A stretch of 63,747 bases of DNA, counting the filler, from Phoronis australis (taxonomy: Eukaryota > Animalia > Phoronida): the NCBI GenBank assembly GCA_002633005.1. It is 10 parts of 10 records of this genome, joined end to end, with 100 filler letters (N's around TTAATTAATTAA, not from the genome) between each part and the next. Parts side by side here need not be neighbours in the genome. Positions count along the whole stretch, not along the records: positions 9,355 to 27,391 come from NMRA01000575.1; positions 27,492 to 42,644 come from NMRA01000674.1; 8 more parts are not named here. One strand, given 5' to 3'. This document shows, in pieces, positions 25,687 through 38,565 of the stretch (position 1 is its first letter; every line of letters begins with the position of its first letter). The translations under genes were made by a program, and so were the position numbers. Below the pieces are notes generated by a model. That model was given only the letters and a program-made list of their open reading frames with translations. It was not told the DNA's origin and did not search any database.

Positions 25687-26024
25687 CGTTTTCTGGAACT
25701 CGCTGGAATCCATGAGGACAACACGGCAGTGGTTTTCCACAACTTTCTGATCACCATCTGGATGTCCAGCAAAGTGTAGTTGTTCTTGTTGTACAATAGG
25801 CCTAAATTTCTTCAACGGTGGTGGAAGCGAGAGTATGTTGATCGGTTTAAAGTTGTTGAATGCTGGTGGAAGTGGCGAGTCTTCATCTTTTACATCCAGT
25901 TCCAATACAGCCACGTCAAGTGCGGGATCGTAGGCTACCAGTGCCCGGATGGGTATTGCAGAAACTTGTTGCACGCACTGCGCCAAACCTTTATTGAAGT
26001 GGAAGATAGCTGCGTTTCTTTCGA
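25687..26024 (-). CDS. FAM111: FAM111-like protease, exon with catalytic Asp (ALDVAVLEL) and GHPDG motif
   Basis: Acceptor CTTTGCAG|TC, donor ACG|GTAAAG; LDVAVLEL and LHFAGHPDGDQKVV..C parallel FAM111A LDYAVLKL and IHIIGHPYGEKK..C; splices in frame to 24944. Confidence 0.75.
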
Positions 26025-29000
26025 CTGCAAAGAAGATGTATAGAATACAGCTGATATGAGCAGATGTGGACAAGAGCATGACATAGCTCACAATTCAGCA
26101 ACTAGTTCACGAACATTTTATTTTTTGAAATATTGTGTTGCAAGAAAACAATGTGTTGTTCCTTATTCATTTTTATTTCACGAAACTATCAACATATTGA
26201 GTAAAATAGCCAATTCTAATCAAGATGGGCATTTAAAGTTGTAGAAAGTTCCACCGAGTGACATCCTTTAGAACTGTTCACAGAAGCAAATCTTGAAAAG
26301 AAAAAAATATCATAATAAATTTCGATTTTAAAGTAAAAAAACAACTGATAAACTTGAAAAAAATGTGAAAAAATAGATAAAAGTAATTCAAAATATTACG
26401 CAAGCCACTTTTGATAGTTAATTGATAAGATTGTGCCCTGTTTATTAGGAAAGCGATGATATATTACCAAATTCATTTACACAAAATAAAGAACTTCGCA
26501 AGATCTTAACGGTAATTGTTTCTCGGGTGGTTTCTGTCACACTGGAGAAGGTTTATAAGAAGTGTCATATTTCTTACAATGGCTATCTTTGTTTGGAACT
26601 CCAGAGCAACTATACATATTCCAAAGCTACAACCTCTATCCTTATGTACTTCCGTTACTATAAAGGTGTACATGACGACTTACACCACATACTTCTGAAA
26701 TCAGTCGAAACTGCCTTAATGAGCCTCAAAACTTTCCCTTAAGTGACAAACATTCTTCTGACGGTTTAAGTCACTTGTAACTCATCCAGGCGATAATTTG
26801 AAACAATATATGTACATGATGACTTACACCATGTATTTCCTATGGCATATTAAAAGAAGCGGAAGATGGGTGTGAGGTGCTATTGATGGTGACCGGAGAG
26901 GAGGGTAGAATCTTCCCCTCACCCAAAAATAACCAAACTAGGAAAGCTGCACAGTCACTTTTCCTTCCAGACAAGCTAGGGCCCTGTAAATGTACATTTA
27001 ACCACATCAGAATTTGTTAAATGCACGACACTTTTCATTGTTCACAGTCTTTATTCCGTTACGTTCGAACTTTCGGAACAAAACTCTACTCTCAATTGAA
27101 CATAAATACAGTAACTTGCCTAGCGACATAATTAAGACACACGATATTTCGAAACATACGTGTTTCATTCTCAAGTGAAGATAAAATGACGCAGTAATGC
27201 CACCACAGAGTATAAGCTGACGACACACGCAGTGAGACACGGCGGGTGTGAAATACTGCAAAGAATGACTAAAGAATTAGGGTAACAGGAAAGTCACGCA
27301 AACAAGTGTAACGTGCGTCGCAACCTTGTTTGCTGCTCATTCAAAACAGGATTCTCAACAGTGGCGGATCTACGGGGGGGGGGTTCAGGGGNNNNNNNNN
27401 NNNNNNNNNNNNNNNNNNNNNNNNNNNNNNNNNNNTTAATTAATTAANNNNNNNNNNNNNNNNNNNNNNNNNNNNNNNNNNNNNNNNNNNNCTTACAATA
27501 TCTCTTTTTATCACTCCGGCTGGTCTGCTCACTCAGCTTGTCCGGAACCTGCTTTGCAGGTTGTTATAGCCCAGTTGGCTGTTTGGTGTACCCACTTGGT
27601 ACTTTATATGATATTTGCCCATTTGGCAGTTTGTACCCACTTGGTACTTGTTATTGAATTTGCCGCTTTGCTCGACCCAGTTGGTAGGCAATCGGCCAAT
27701 ACCCATTTGGTATTATGTACCCATTTGGTACTATGCTAACCTGTGCCACTTAGTATCCGATACTCAGTTACACTTTGGGTATCGGAAATGTGTGTGTTAT
27801 CTCTTGTAATTAAGGAACCCATCTGGTTCCTTCTGTGAAATATTTATTTGTAGAGCTGTGACCCTGAAATCCCCAATACAACTTAAAATATTTATTATTC
27901 TTGTTGTTTTATTTGTCCCCAATAATCGTAAAGTTTCACCTTTTTAAATTACACAAGAAATTTTTCATCTCGCATCAAGCATTGAAACTGGTAGAACGAA
28001 AAGGCTGAACTTGTTCCATGACGGGGCAGGTATGCACAATAACGGACTCCTTTTGTTGTTCTTTCAATAACGTGACTCGGTGTGTGCCTATACTCAGAAC
28101 TACTGATAAGTAACTGGGAGTGTTTGCGCGTGCACATGGCGCATGCGTGTACGTATGCGTGCGACGTGTTCCCATGACTTTTGGACAATATTTTCACTAG
28201 GAGCAATTGAACATAACAGTAAATTTTTGTTGTAACACAAAAAATAACAAGTTTCGATTTTTTAATGGAACTGGGTGTAATCACTTATGAGCCTAAAGCC
28301 TTGCTGCTACTTCAGACTACCAGTGATCCGAGCTGCTATGACAAACACCGAAATTCACGCTGCCAAGTTTGCACGAAATGTCACTTGGAATGTAATTGGA
28401 GGGTTCAAAGATCTAAGTAAACACTGTATAGTTTTGATCCTCGTGGCCCTACCTAACTACGCATAGATAATTTTTCACTGAAACCTTGGACTTCTATATA
28501 GAATTCGAAGTTGTTAACGTAAGACTCAAAAATTGAAAATGGCGACTAGGTCAATCGAAGGACGATCACCAGATTTTTGATTTTTGGCATATTGCCTCTA
28601 TCTTCACGGACTATTAAGAATACCTGCGACTTGTTGCATTTTGTGACAAGTTATTTATGCGGATGCTCGCGATTTACTTTTTGACGATCCATAAGGACTC
28701 ATAAAAAATCCGTGTAATTGAAGGCAGCACTAAAATGCGAGTCAATAAACCACAGCCCAACGAAGTATCTTGAACAATGCCACTAGCCACATCCACAATG
28801 TTTTCTTTTTTGTCATTTCCGGTGATAGGATCGTCGTGGCCAATGTATATAATCCCATCCAAACGTCGCGTGAGGTATGGGGGTTTTCATTCGATGGTCA
28901 GTAGCTTACATCGACGATTGCGTCCGGGTCAAGCTCGGCTTCATCCAGCTTCACATCCCACTGCGTCACATGCAGGTAGAGGCATGGTGTAATATAATTA

Positions 29001-29335
29001 GACTAACTTGACAACTAGGCCAATCACCTCAGTGCAGGGAACTGGTGCAAACCGGACATAAACCTATGACAAACAAAACGGCCAACAGGGTGTGCTAATG
29101 ACGGTAAATATGTACGAAAACTGTACATTGTTAGCGCATACTCACCATATACCTCTGTCAAGTTTTGTCAAACTCTGCCAAAATAGACCGGGATCCCAGA
29201 ACTTTTTGGGCATGAAAAGGTAACCAATTTTCTTTTATTCCACACAGCTCTATGGGTATCATGATGCTTGGAAATGGCCGTCTGGCAGGTTCGCTCTGGT
29301 GGGTGTAGTCAGGGGAGCCAAGAGAATGACACTCA

Positions 29336-29706
29336 AAAATTGAGCTAGATCAACTTTTCTGGTAACCACTTCAAACTCCCTCGGATACCTACTATGTAAC
29401 CGACTGCATCAAAATTGGTCATTGCCAGACAATTTCAGTGGTGGGGAGTATCAGCCAGACGGTAAAAAATTGAGCTAGATCAATCCAAGAGGTAATCGCG
29501 TGAAACCAATTGCAAAATATTCACTGTGAGCCCAGGTATCACGAATGAACACTGCCAGACAAATCTAGTGTTGGGTTATCCCCGCCAGACACACTCAAGT
29601 AGCTGAGTTGAGCTAGATCAGCCCACCAGGTAACCAATTGAAACCAATCGCCCGATGTTCAACATCACTGCACGTGGCACAACAGTAAGATGCACTATCA
29701 GACAAA
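29336..29706. repeat. ~130-140-bp diverged tandem repeat, 3 copies
   Basis: TTGAGCTAGATCA...GGTAA...CAGACAA at ~29340, ~29470 and ~29608. Confidence 0.7.
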
Positions 29707-30924
29707 TAAAGATTCGAATCAAAATTGATTATAAGCCCATTCACGCTGAATAAGCATCGCATTCAGGAACCAGGCACTTCGATTTTCAATAAAGCCATTA
29801 AGTCCGTACGACATAGGTCACCACACAAGGTGAGAGATTTTTATCCCAAGTTTACGTCAGGGTATAAAAACCAGAAACATCGCGCCTGAGGGTGGAGGCG
29901 ACCTCACAAGTCCATGCGAAAACAACTCGACGTAATTCACTATTAAAAACAAAACCTAAAAACCCGTCCAAGACGGATAGCACATTGCACTAATTTCCAT
30001 TTTTCGTTGTCCTATTTTACCAGTCGAAATTGCGTCCCTCTGTTTTCGGACGAGTCATTTGATCCAACTTCTAAAACGAATAATAATCGACATGCCGTCT
30101 TTTTCTGTAGTCAGAGTTACATGTATATATGCGCGCCAACTAACTTCATTAATGGCAAGTTTGGCAAAACTGATCAGTTTTGGGCAATCTCCATCTTTCT
30201 CATAAACCGAACCCACACAGCACTCCAGAGTTACGTCAAGAACAATGACGTCAGTGGCTTTATCAACATTTTCCGACTATGCTGGATGTATTATTTGCCC
30301 TGAACCGCACAAACTACGCCAGATGGGGAACATTGTTTTACCAAAAGTTGTAATTCGCAGACAGTGCTGGAAAACGGAGCGTTCTCATTACGACGTACGA
30401 GGAAGAACTTTAATAGATTTGCTGTTGACCTCTCTTTGGAACAGTCGGTATTTTTTATTATTCACATGGTGTTCTCCAAAAACGATGAAAACACCTCTGC
30501 TTCACCTGATATTGGGCACGTGTGGTCGTGTTAGATTTCGTGGAAACTTTCAAAGCTATAACGTAGATAAAACATTCCGTTCATGTTGCGAATATGTTAT
30601 TCATAATTCGTGGGTACATCGAATCCTGATTATTTTTCAGTTTAGTTAGATTGACAATCATTTCATTTGTGCGAAACATATATGCGGGCAATGGAACTGT
30701 TCGCTTTTTGCCTTCACAGTGAATATAAAACACGTTCGAATTAATTATTCATAGATGTTGTATATGGTGCTCAGTCACCGTGACGATGGCCCCGATGATC
30801 CACATTTGGTAAGGGGGTAACCAACCACTATGTATAATCTTTTTGGAAATAGTTACTGACTTGCAGTTGAATTAACTAAAGAATCTAGTTTATGCTTCAC
30901 CTTTTTACTTTCATTATTAATAGT

Positions 30925-32066
30925 ACAGGCGTGTAGCCGGGGGGCGGGGGGTTGTGGGTTAGATCGATCCCCTCCCCCTCTGAAAAGGTCCACCCCCACC
31001 ATATTCGTTAAAGATAGGATATGAATGAACAATAACAACAAAATTGTTGCAGCTAAAGGTGCTACTAACTACTAAGCTAGCAATAATTTTGAATTTGCTT
31101 CTGATTCAAAGCGTGTCACGAGTGCCGCTGTTTGTCCAGATGACTAGGATCGTGCATACGATAACAGGAGGCTTTATGTTATTCATAATCAACGCACGTG
31201 GTGGCGACAACAAAGGGTAACAAGTGAATGTCTATACCTAGGCATAAAAGTCTAGCCCTAAGACCTACTGTAAGTAAGCTACATGTTATGTATATAGCAA
31301 CGAGAGAGCTCCCAAAAAGTAGAGCGGTGTGATTGCCTTAAACTCGACCAATAAACAAAACAGCAGAAAAATTGAGATTTGTTATTCTGCTATTTTTGGT
31401 TTAATTGCAACCATAGTACGGTACAAATGTATTCACTTTCAAATGTTGAATTGAAAGTGGTCGTCAAATATGCAAATATGTTGTTCATCCAGTGTCCACT
31501 TTGATTGTGGATTGGTGGATTGACATGCATGCGTGTGGAGGTTTGAACGTTTCTGTTATTTTAAATTCTGTATATGCTGATGGAAGTTCATTATAGGCAG
31601 TTCTCCGTCGTGCTAAAAGCCAGGCATTCAACCACTGTGTTTTCTTTCCTTGAGAATACACCGTTGAGCATTTTCATATTATGATGGAAAAGTATGCCTA
31701 GACCTCAACTTTGGACAATTAAAATCTTCTCTAGTCAATCAATGTCAATGGTGCACAAACCTGCAGAGTTCAAGCGAGCTAGAAACTTGATGGAAAAGAT
31801 TTACAGGGTTCCATGCATGCGTGCACCCAGCCTTTAATACGGGGGGCTCGAATCTCTGGCAAAGTGGACCTTTTGCTAACAAAAAATGCGGGAGTACTAC
31901 AAAAAACGGAGTACCACCTTCAGGTCTGTGAGCTGTGCGACTGTGCCTTTTAATGGACTTTTATCTCGTTTCTCGGACTTTTTGTTTCTCTGAGATGGAC
32001 CTTTTTACCCACCTCGCCAAATGGGTGGCTCGTTCAAGCCCCTCGAGCGCCCTGGGTGCTTGCATG
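30925..32066. mobile_element. Degenerate G/C-run MITE-like element(s)
   Basis: Left end CAGGCGTGTAGCCGGGG...CCCC..AAAAGGTCCA; inverted GGACCTTTT blocks at ~31866 and ~31997. Similar heads at 27359 and 44507. Confidence 0.35.
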
Positions 32067-32188
32067 CTATGTCCCACAAGGGCTTGACCCAAAGATCTTG
32101 TATGCTGTTAACGCGGTCAGTAACTATACGACGATTATGTCGCTAAGGGAATGAATGAGAAAAGAGCCTTTGGTGATGATTCGAAAAA

Positions 32189-32885
32189 GTGAACAATGAG
32201 ATTTTCAAGTCAGGACACAAAAAGGAAGCCATGAAATTACGCGACAATACCGTAAATCTTAAGGAGACCAACGACCTTTACGGTAGGCTGCTGGTACTTG
32301 TCAAGTCAAATACTAGACAAATCAAACAGAAATATGTTATCATCAACTATGAACTCATCATTACTCCAAGAGAATTGTTCCCTGCCAGTCTGGCAATGCT
32401 GCCATGCACAGACGAGTCGAAGCTATTTCAACTTCGGCAGACGTCTAAGAACAGGACAGACATCAAGCTGCAAGGGAGGTTTAAAGTCCATAAAACATGT
32501 AAACGGCATCCACTGAGTGTGTTCATCCAAGCCACAATATTGACCTTGAGGATAGCATGGGAGTAATGTTCTTAACTAGAGATTATGACGAGGTCAATTT
32601 GGTTCATGACACACACAAGAGAAAAGGAGGCAAATAAAGGGTCCAATGCTGTACATGTACCAGGTAGGAGATGAGACTAACATCCAGAATATCCCAATGA
32701 GCCTTTTTCACTCCCATAACCAAACAAAGTCTCAACTGACAGAATATATGTCTGCAAAGACACTTGAATATTGCAAAGACGCTGTCATGATAGTCGCTAC
32801 TACAGCTTCTACAGCTTCATGATGTACAAAGGGAAACAGACGTCATCTCCGCTTAGACGAAAACAATCACAAAGAAGCAGATACA
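32189..32885 (+). mobile_element. Decayed Academ-like transposase fragment (XPG/FEN-like region)
   Basis: KLRDNTVNLKETNDLYGRLLVL..YELIITPRELF..MLPCTDESKL; then RDYDEVNLV, YQVGDETNIQNIPM..FHSHNQTKSQLTEYM and NNHKEADT (HEEADT-type motif), with stops and frameshifts. Confidence 0.6.
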
Positions 32886-32887
32886 TA

Positions 32888-33666
32888 TAACGCCCCTCGG
32901 GTGATAATTCTCCAAAATCCACTCGCGCTCTAGATAACGGGGGATAACGACTTAGCCATGTAATAATCTATTTATACATGTACCACATGCTAAACGAGAA
33001 ACATTGCAATGAATCGATTTACCTTTTCTGACTCTCCACTACTTTGTAACTACTTTCTATGTCAGAGGCCCGGGGTCGGAGGTCGTGACCTTTTAAGAAA
33101 AGCCAGGCTATTTTTGTCAAATAATGCTTTTACTCAAAATCAATTGAAAACTTAAATATAATAGAAATAAATTGAATTTATAAATTAAGGGTTACCAACT
33201 ATTATAGCTCAAAACACGTTTTTTCACGCTAAGCTTCGACCGAAATTATCGTCTGCTAAAGTAGGATAACACTGGTAGCTGAATATAATTCTCAAGTCAA
33301 GGATCCTGACGATACGATACCCGAATTCAAACTGGAGATCGGTGATTTACAAGTAAGAGGACATAAGAGAAAAATTTCACTGAACTAAGATATCATTTTC
33401 ATGGAAATTATGTGTCTAATTTTTCGTAGCGTATAAGTACAGTACAATGCGGTTTGTTGAACATGCGATTATTGCGCGTGCTCATTTAAGTATTCTATTT
33501 TCACTCTTGATGACGTCAGTCGCTGCATGGTGTAGTGGTAAAGTCGGCGACCTGCAATTCCAGGGTCCGTCCTCGGTTTCCCGCCAAATCGTTATCTCAC
33601 TAGTGAGATAACTTTATGAGTTATTACACGGTTGTATCTGCCATTTGACGATAATATTGTGGTATT
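32888..33666 (-). mobile_element. Copy 2 of the TTATACCACA element (inverted) with half of the terminal hairpin
   Basis: Reverse-complement homology to 5101-5796; 22-bp palindrome at 33591-33612; A box TGGTGTAGTGG at ~33528. Confidence 0.85.
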
Positions 33667-33674
33667 ACACGGTT

Positions 33675-34339
33675 TTATACCACAGTATTAGCGTCAAATG
33701 GCAGATACAACCGTGTAATAACCCAAGATAACATTTTGGCGGGAAAACCGAGGCCGGATTCGAACCCGAGCCTCAACAGTTGCAAGTCGCCGACTTTACC
33801 ACTACACCACTCAGCGGCCATCGAACGTGAAAATAGAATATTTAAATGGGCACGCGCAACAATCGCATGTTCAGCAAAGGGCATTGCACCGACATTTATA
33901 CGCTATGAAAAGTAAGACGCATAATTTCCATAAAAACGATATTTTAATTCAGTGAAATTTTTCTCTCGCGTTCTCCCACTTGTAAATCGCCGATCTCCAA
34001 TTTGAATGCGGGTATCGTGTCGTCGGGATCTTTTGACTTGAGCATTATAACCAGTTACTAGTGGTAACCTACTTTAGCAGAGGATATTTTCCCGGTCAAA
34101 GCTTTGCGTGATCAAACGTGTATTAAGCTATAATAGTGGCGAAACCTTAATTTATAGATTCACTTTAGGTCTATTTTGTTTTATTTTTCATTTGGTTTTG
34201 AGTAAAAGCATTATTTGGCAAAAATAGCTCGGCTTTTCGTAAAAGGTCACGACCTCCGACCCCGAGCCTCTGACATAGAAAGTAGTTACAAAGCCGAGGC
34301 GAGTCGAGAAAGGTAGATCGATACATTGCAATGTTTCTC
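33675..34339 (+). mobile_element. Copy 3 of the TTATACCACA element, head-to-head with copy 2
   Basis: Starts TTATACCACAGTATTAGCGTCAAATGGCAG; colinear with 5101-5778; lacks the 22-bp palindrome. Confidence 0.85.
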
Positions 34340-35138
34340 CTGGTAGAATTTACGGTGTCCTGCTCCAGCCATAGCCACAAGTGTCCTCACCTTCTGATCT
34401 TCAACTACACACTACATTATGCTAGTTGGGTGAGTAAACCGAAATACAAATTTCATCAGAAGCACTTGAAAAGGAGGTTATGAGAGCTTTAGACATGCCA
34501 TTTATACAACTTTTTGAAATTTCCAAATCGGTTGGACCGTTCTCCAGTTATTTAAATTTTAGAGCCTCAAAAATGGTCTTTTTTAGCAAACAGCACACTG
34601 AAATTTCAGGCCACAGAAAATGGCAACTTTAGACAACTATAATATGGTAATGGTTTACAATATGACGATATTGACTAACACATATGATTTTGGTATTGTT
34701 CGTTTCCTTGCAAAGTTGTCTTTCCAAAAATACATAGAAAATTTTCCTACCCCGTTCCCTTAGTATTTTATCGTGAAGTTTCTTCTCGCACTATCTCCCG
34801 GTACTCGGTAGTAATACCGCCATGTTGAATGGAAGGAGTCCCCTGGCGGTCAAAAACTGAACTAATCTTCCGCGAATTCTGCAGGTCATCACTTTTCAGA
34901 AGTTCAAACTGACCGAGACCTGCCTATCCCCTGCCCCAGTTTTCGAATTCGATCCTATGGCAACCCTGCTAGCAAGAATCCGCGAAAAAAGCGAAGATTG
35001 TTTTTGAGGTCCAAATTGGTTAAAATTTCGTGGAAAATGGTCTAATGGTGACAATTATAAAAAATTAGAAAAGGTGAAATGCTGCTACTTGTCCTCCATA
35101 TTATGTCAGGAAAACTTTGGTGGGAATCTCGGCGCGCC

Positions 35139-37374
35139 CGGGTGAGAATTTAACACGTTTGACACGCTCTAAAAACGTGGAGTATTGGAACGCCCAAAAG
35201 CTTGTCAAACGTGTAAAACGTGGCGTGTCAAACGTGTAAATCGTGGCGTCTCAAACGTGTAAAGTGTAGCGTGTCAAACGTGGCGATAAGCGTGTAAAAC
35301 GTGGCGATAACGTGTCAAACGTGGCGCGCCGAAACCTATGATGGGCCGTTGAGGGGAAAGTGTCGCCGGAAAAATACGAGACATTACGCCGTTATTTACG
35401 CCGTTAATTACGCCGTAAAATTGCGAGCGTAATTTAATTCTTTACGGCGTAAAATTACGAGCGTAATTTAGTTTAAACTCTTAGCAAATGACGTTGGGTT
35501 TTACAATCCATGATCGCGCGGGCTCATGGAAATACTTATTTAATGACGGATTTCATGTCTATTATACGAGCGCTGAATCATGGCGGATCAAATCGCTGCT
35601 GCCATGTCAGCGATTGTTCAAGAACGAGCTTCCCAGCAACAGTCGTGTATGTTAGGTCATCACGGATTGGTTTAAATTTGGAACGTTCTTAAAGTATTTC
35701 ACGTAATTTACGGCGACATTTCCCCCATTTAATTTACGGGCGTAATTTTACTGCAACACTTCTGCAATTTAACTTACGATCTGAAATTACGAGCGTAATT
35801 TTACGGCGAAACTTTTCCCCATTTAATTTACGAGCGTAATTGTACGGCGACACTCCTGCAATAAAATTTACGCTCGTAATTACGAGCGTAATTTTACGGC
35901 GACTCTTTCCCCTCAACGGCCCACCATAGAAACGTGGCAAAAACGTGTCATTTTTGTTCCAATACTCCACGTTTGACACACTCTCAGCGTGCCAAACGTG
36001 TAAATTAGAGCAAACATNCGCTTTTGACACGCTAGCCTGTAACCTGTGTCATTGCCACGGTAGCGACCCCACATTTAGCCTGAGGCCGGGTACAAGCCAT
36101 ATTGTTCTTGTTTATAGCAGCTCACCATCAACCATGGAAATCATACTGAAAGCAAATGTGTAAAGGGATTTCTTCTTCAAGTCTGCTTATTGTAACATGT
36201 AAATAATCCAAAATGTGATAATGATATAGAATCTTTAAAAGGATAATGTAACTATCCAATTCTTACCACATACAGTTGTCACTAAATTTCATTAAATCTA
36301 AAATAACATTGACACAGAAATAAGAAAATGGTTCAACATACAATTCGAAGTGCTAAGCTGCTATATATGTATATAAGTTAGCTTTTGAGTCATGCCAGTT
36401 GCTTGAAGACTGTTTATGAAGTAAAGAACAGACGCACTTTGTAACATTTTTGAGTTACCAAGAGTGATTCAACATCTGTCATAACATCGAGTTCATGTTG
36501 ATTTTGCAGCCAAAACCTCTGCACAAAATGTCTTATCCTCATTCAAGCTGACACTAAATGTGAGTTGATTCTATAACAACAATTATGAATTGATATACTA
36601 CTTAAGATGAGAGGCGTTCCAACTTCATATATTACCTGCATAGTCAACAGTTTCTACTGACTCTTGTTTTCTGTTACAATCAAACTTACCTGTTAAAAGA
36701 AAGACCATTTGCAAGAAAAGTTGATCAAGCCGCTGTCAACCAGAGTACATACACTACATACCAAACTTTTGTTAGAGCTGCGCCACATTCGAAAACCATA
36801 CTTCATAAGTGCTCTCCTGACACAACTGCACTCCCTGACAGCTAAACCAACCCTAACTCAGTATTTGGATATTTGAAAAGGCAGTGAAATCTTCTGTTGC
36901 AAATTCTTTGATGTTATTAAGGGAACATGTTTAGTCATTCAAATTGGATGATTACCTCCCAGTGGTCTTTTCAGAACTGCCAAGCCTATTTAAATACGTG
37001 TATTGAAGAGCTCTATCATATTTTACATGTTTGACATGCTAGCGTGTCACATTTTACACGTTTGATATGCTAGCGTGTCAATTATTAGACGTTTGACACG
37101 CTAACGTGGCAAATTTTACACGTTTGACACGCTAGCGTGTCACATTTTACACGTTTGATATGCTAGCGTGTCAAATTTTACACGTTTAAAACGCCAACGT
37201 GGCAAATTTTACACGTTTGACACGCTAGCGTGTAAAATTTTACACGTTTTACACGCTAACGTGTCATGTTTTGACACGTTTTACACGTTACCGTGGCAAA
37301 TTTGACACGTATTACACGCTTTTTACACATTTGACACGCTCAAAAGCGTGTCAAACGTGTAAAATTCTCACCCG
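35139..37374. mobile_element. 2.2-kb TIR element with dense ACGTG/CACGT subterminal repeats and GCC target-site duplication
   Basis: CGGGTGAGAATTT.ACACGTTTGACACGCT ... AGCGTGTCAAACGTGTAAAATTCTCACCCG; GCC at 35136-35138 and 37375-37377. Confidence 0.8.
35336..35929. mobile_element. 594-bp MITE with CTATG...CATAG ends and AAAC target-site duplication
   Basis: TIR CTATGATGGGCCGTTGAGGGGAAAG.GTCGCCG vs CGGCGAC.CTTTCCCCTCAACGGCCCACCATAG; AAAC at 35332-35335 and 35930-35933; partial relative at ~42875-43100. Confidence 0.88.
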
Positions 37375-38565
37375 GCCGGGCAAACACCATTCAGAATCGA
37401 TGACGCTGTTTCATTCATTAACAACAGGTGACGCTGTAATCTTGAGTTGAGTTAACATGGCGGTGTCATCCGGCAAATAGTGCGAACAGAAATTCGAGGA
37501 TAAAATACGGAGCACACGCGGTAGGGGAAACAGTTATACATTTTTGGAGAGATAACGTAGCGAGGAATCGAACGATACCAAAATCATGTGTGTTGGTCAA
37601 TGCCGTCACATTGTAAACAATTACCTGTTATATGTAGGATACCATAGCTTACTGTGTTCCTAAAACAAGAAAGTCTTTTACAAGTAGGTTAAGAAGATGG
37701 GATCGATAGTAAACTACAAACTATTGTATTTTGCACGAGCAAGAAAACAAAAATTGAAAAATTCACCACCGAATTAGTTTTTTTTTAACTTGTGACAGGA
37801 CATTTTAAGTTAATTTGAATTTTAAAAATATTTTACTCTATTTTAACGAAAATATTTCACCTGTTTGAGCCTTTTTGATAATTAAGATAAATTTTGACTG
37901 GTTCTGTAAAGAATATTTGACCAATTAGATTCGAGTTTAGTTTGAACCCTGACTGACGTTACCTTTTTAGAAGTGTTCCTAAATGGAAATGGTGAGATAA
38001 AGTGAAAAAAGTACATTTTCTCATATTTTTGTCAAAAAATAACAAGTGTACACTCACGGTTGAAAGCAGAATTTTTAGCAGTTCGATATCAATATCATTA
38101 AAATCGGTTCAGTAATGGGCATTTTAGCAGTTGAAAGTTTGACTCGTACGGTAAGTCACAAGAATTTACCGGTGAGTGAAAAATATGTGAGGTGGTCGCT
38201 TTACGTCAATTTTTCAAAATGCTCATTAATGCCCAAATATTTGTAAGGATATCAATAGAAAGAAGGAAAATTAAACATTTCACTGGCATAGTTTTCATGT
38301 TCAACCACGTACAGTAGTATAATAATAGATATGAGCTTGTGAATATCATGAAAAAAGGTAAGATTTCACTCTTCAAGAGCGGCTGAATTTCCGCCATATT
38401 GGTTTGCTCACCCTAACTCTACATGTACATAAACGCATCGGATTTTTGGGAACATTTCTGTGCTTTGACCGTAGATTTTTGATAACTCGCTCGAGCAAGA
38501 CACCTTGAATGGTATTAGAAGAAAGAACAATTGCTAATGGTTTGTTGAAACAATGTTTTGTGTAA

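Larger units (their letters stand above)
34424..38418. mobile_element. ~4-kb outer TIR element with internal inverted blocks
   Basis: AGTTGGGTGAGTAAACC vs GGTTTGCTCACCCTAACT; ~34645-34830 is an inverted copy of ~37450-37626. Confidence 0.6.

Noticed and set aside
26667-26840. Duplicated GT|GTAAGT donor-like sites upstream of the protease exon
   Set aside because: Weak acceptors and no protease motif; cannot support exons.
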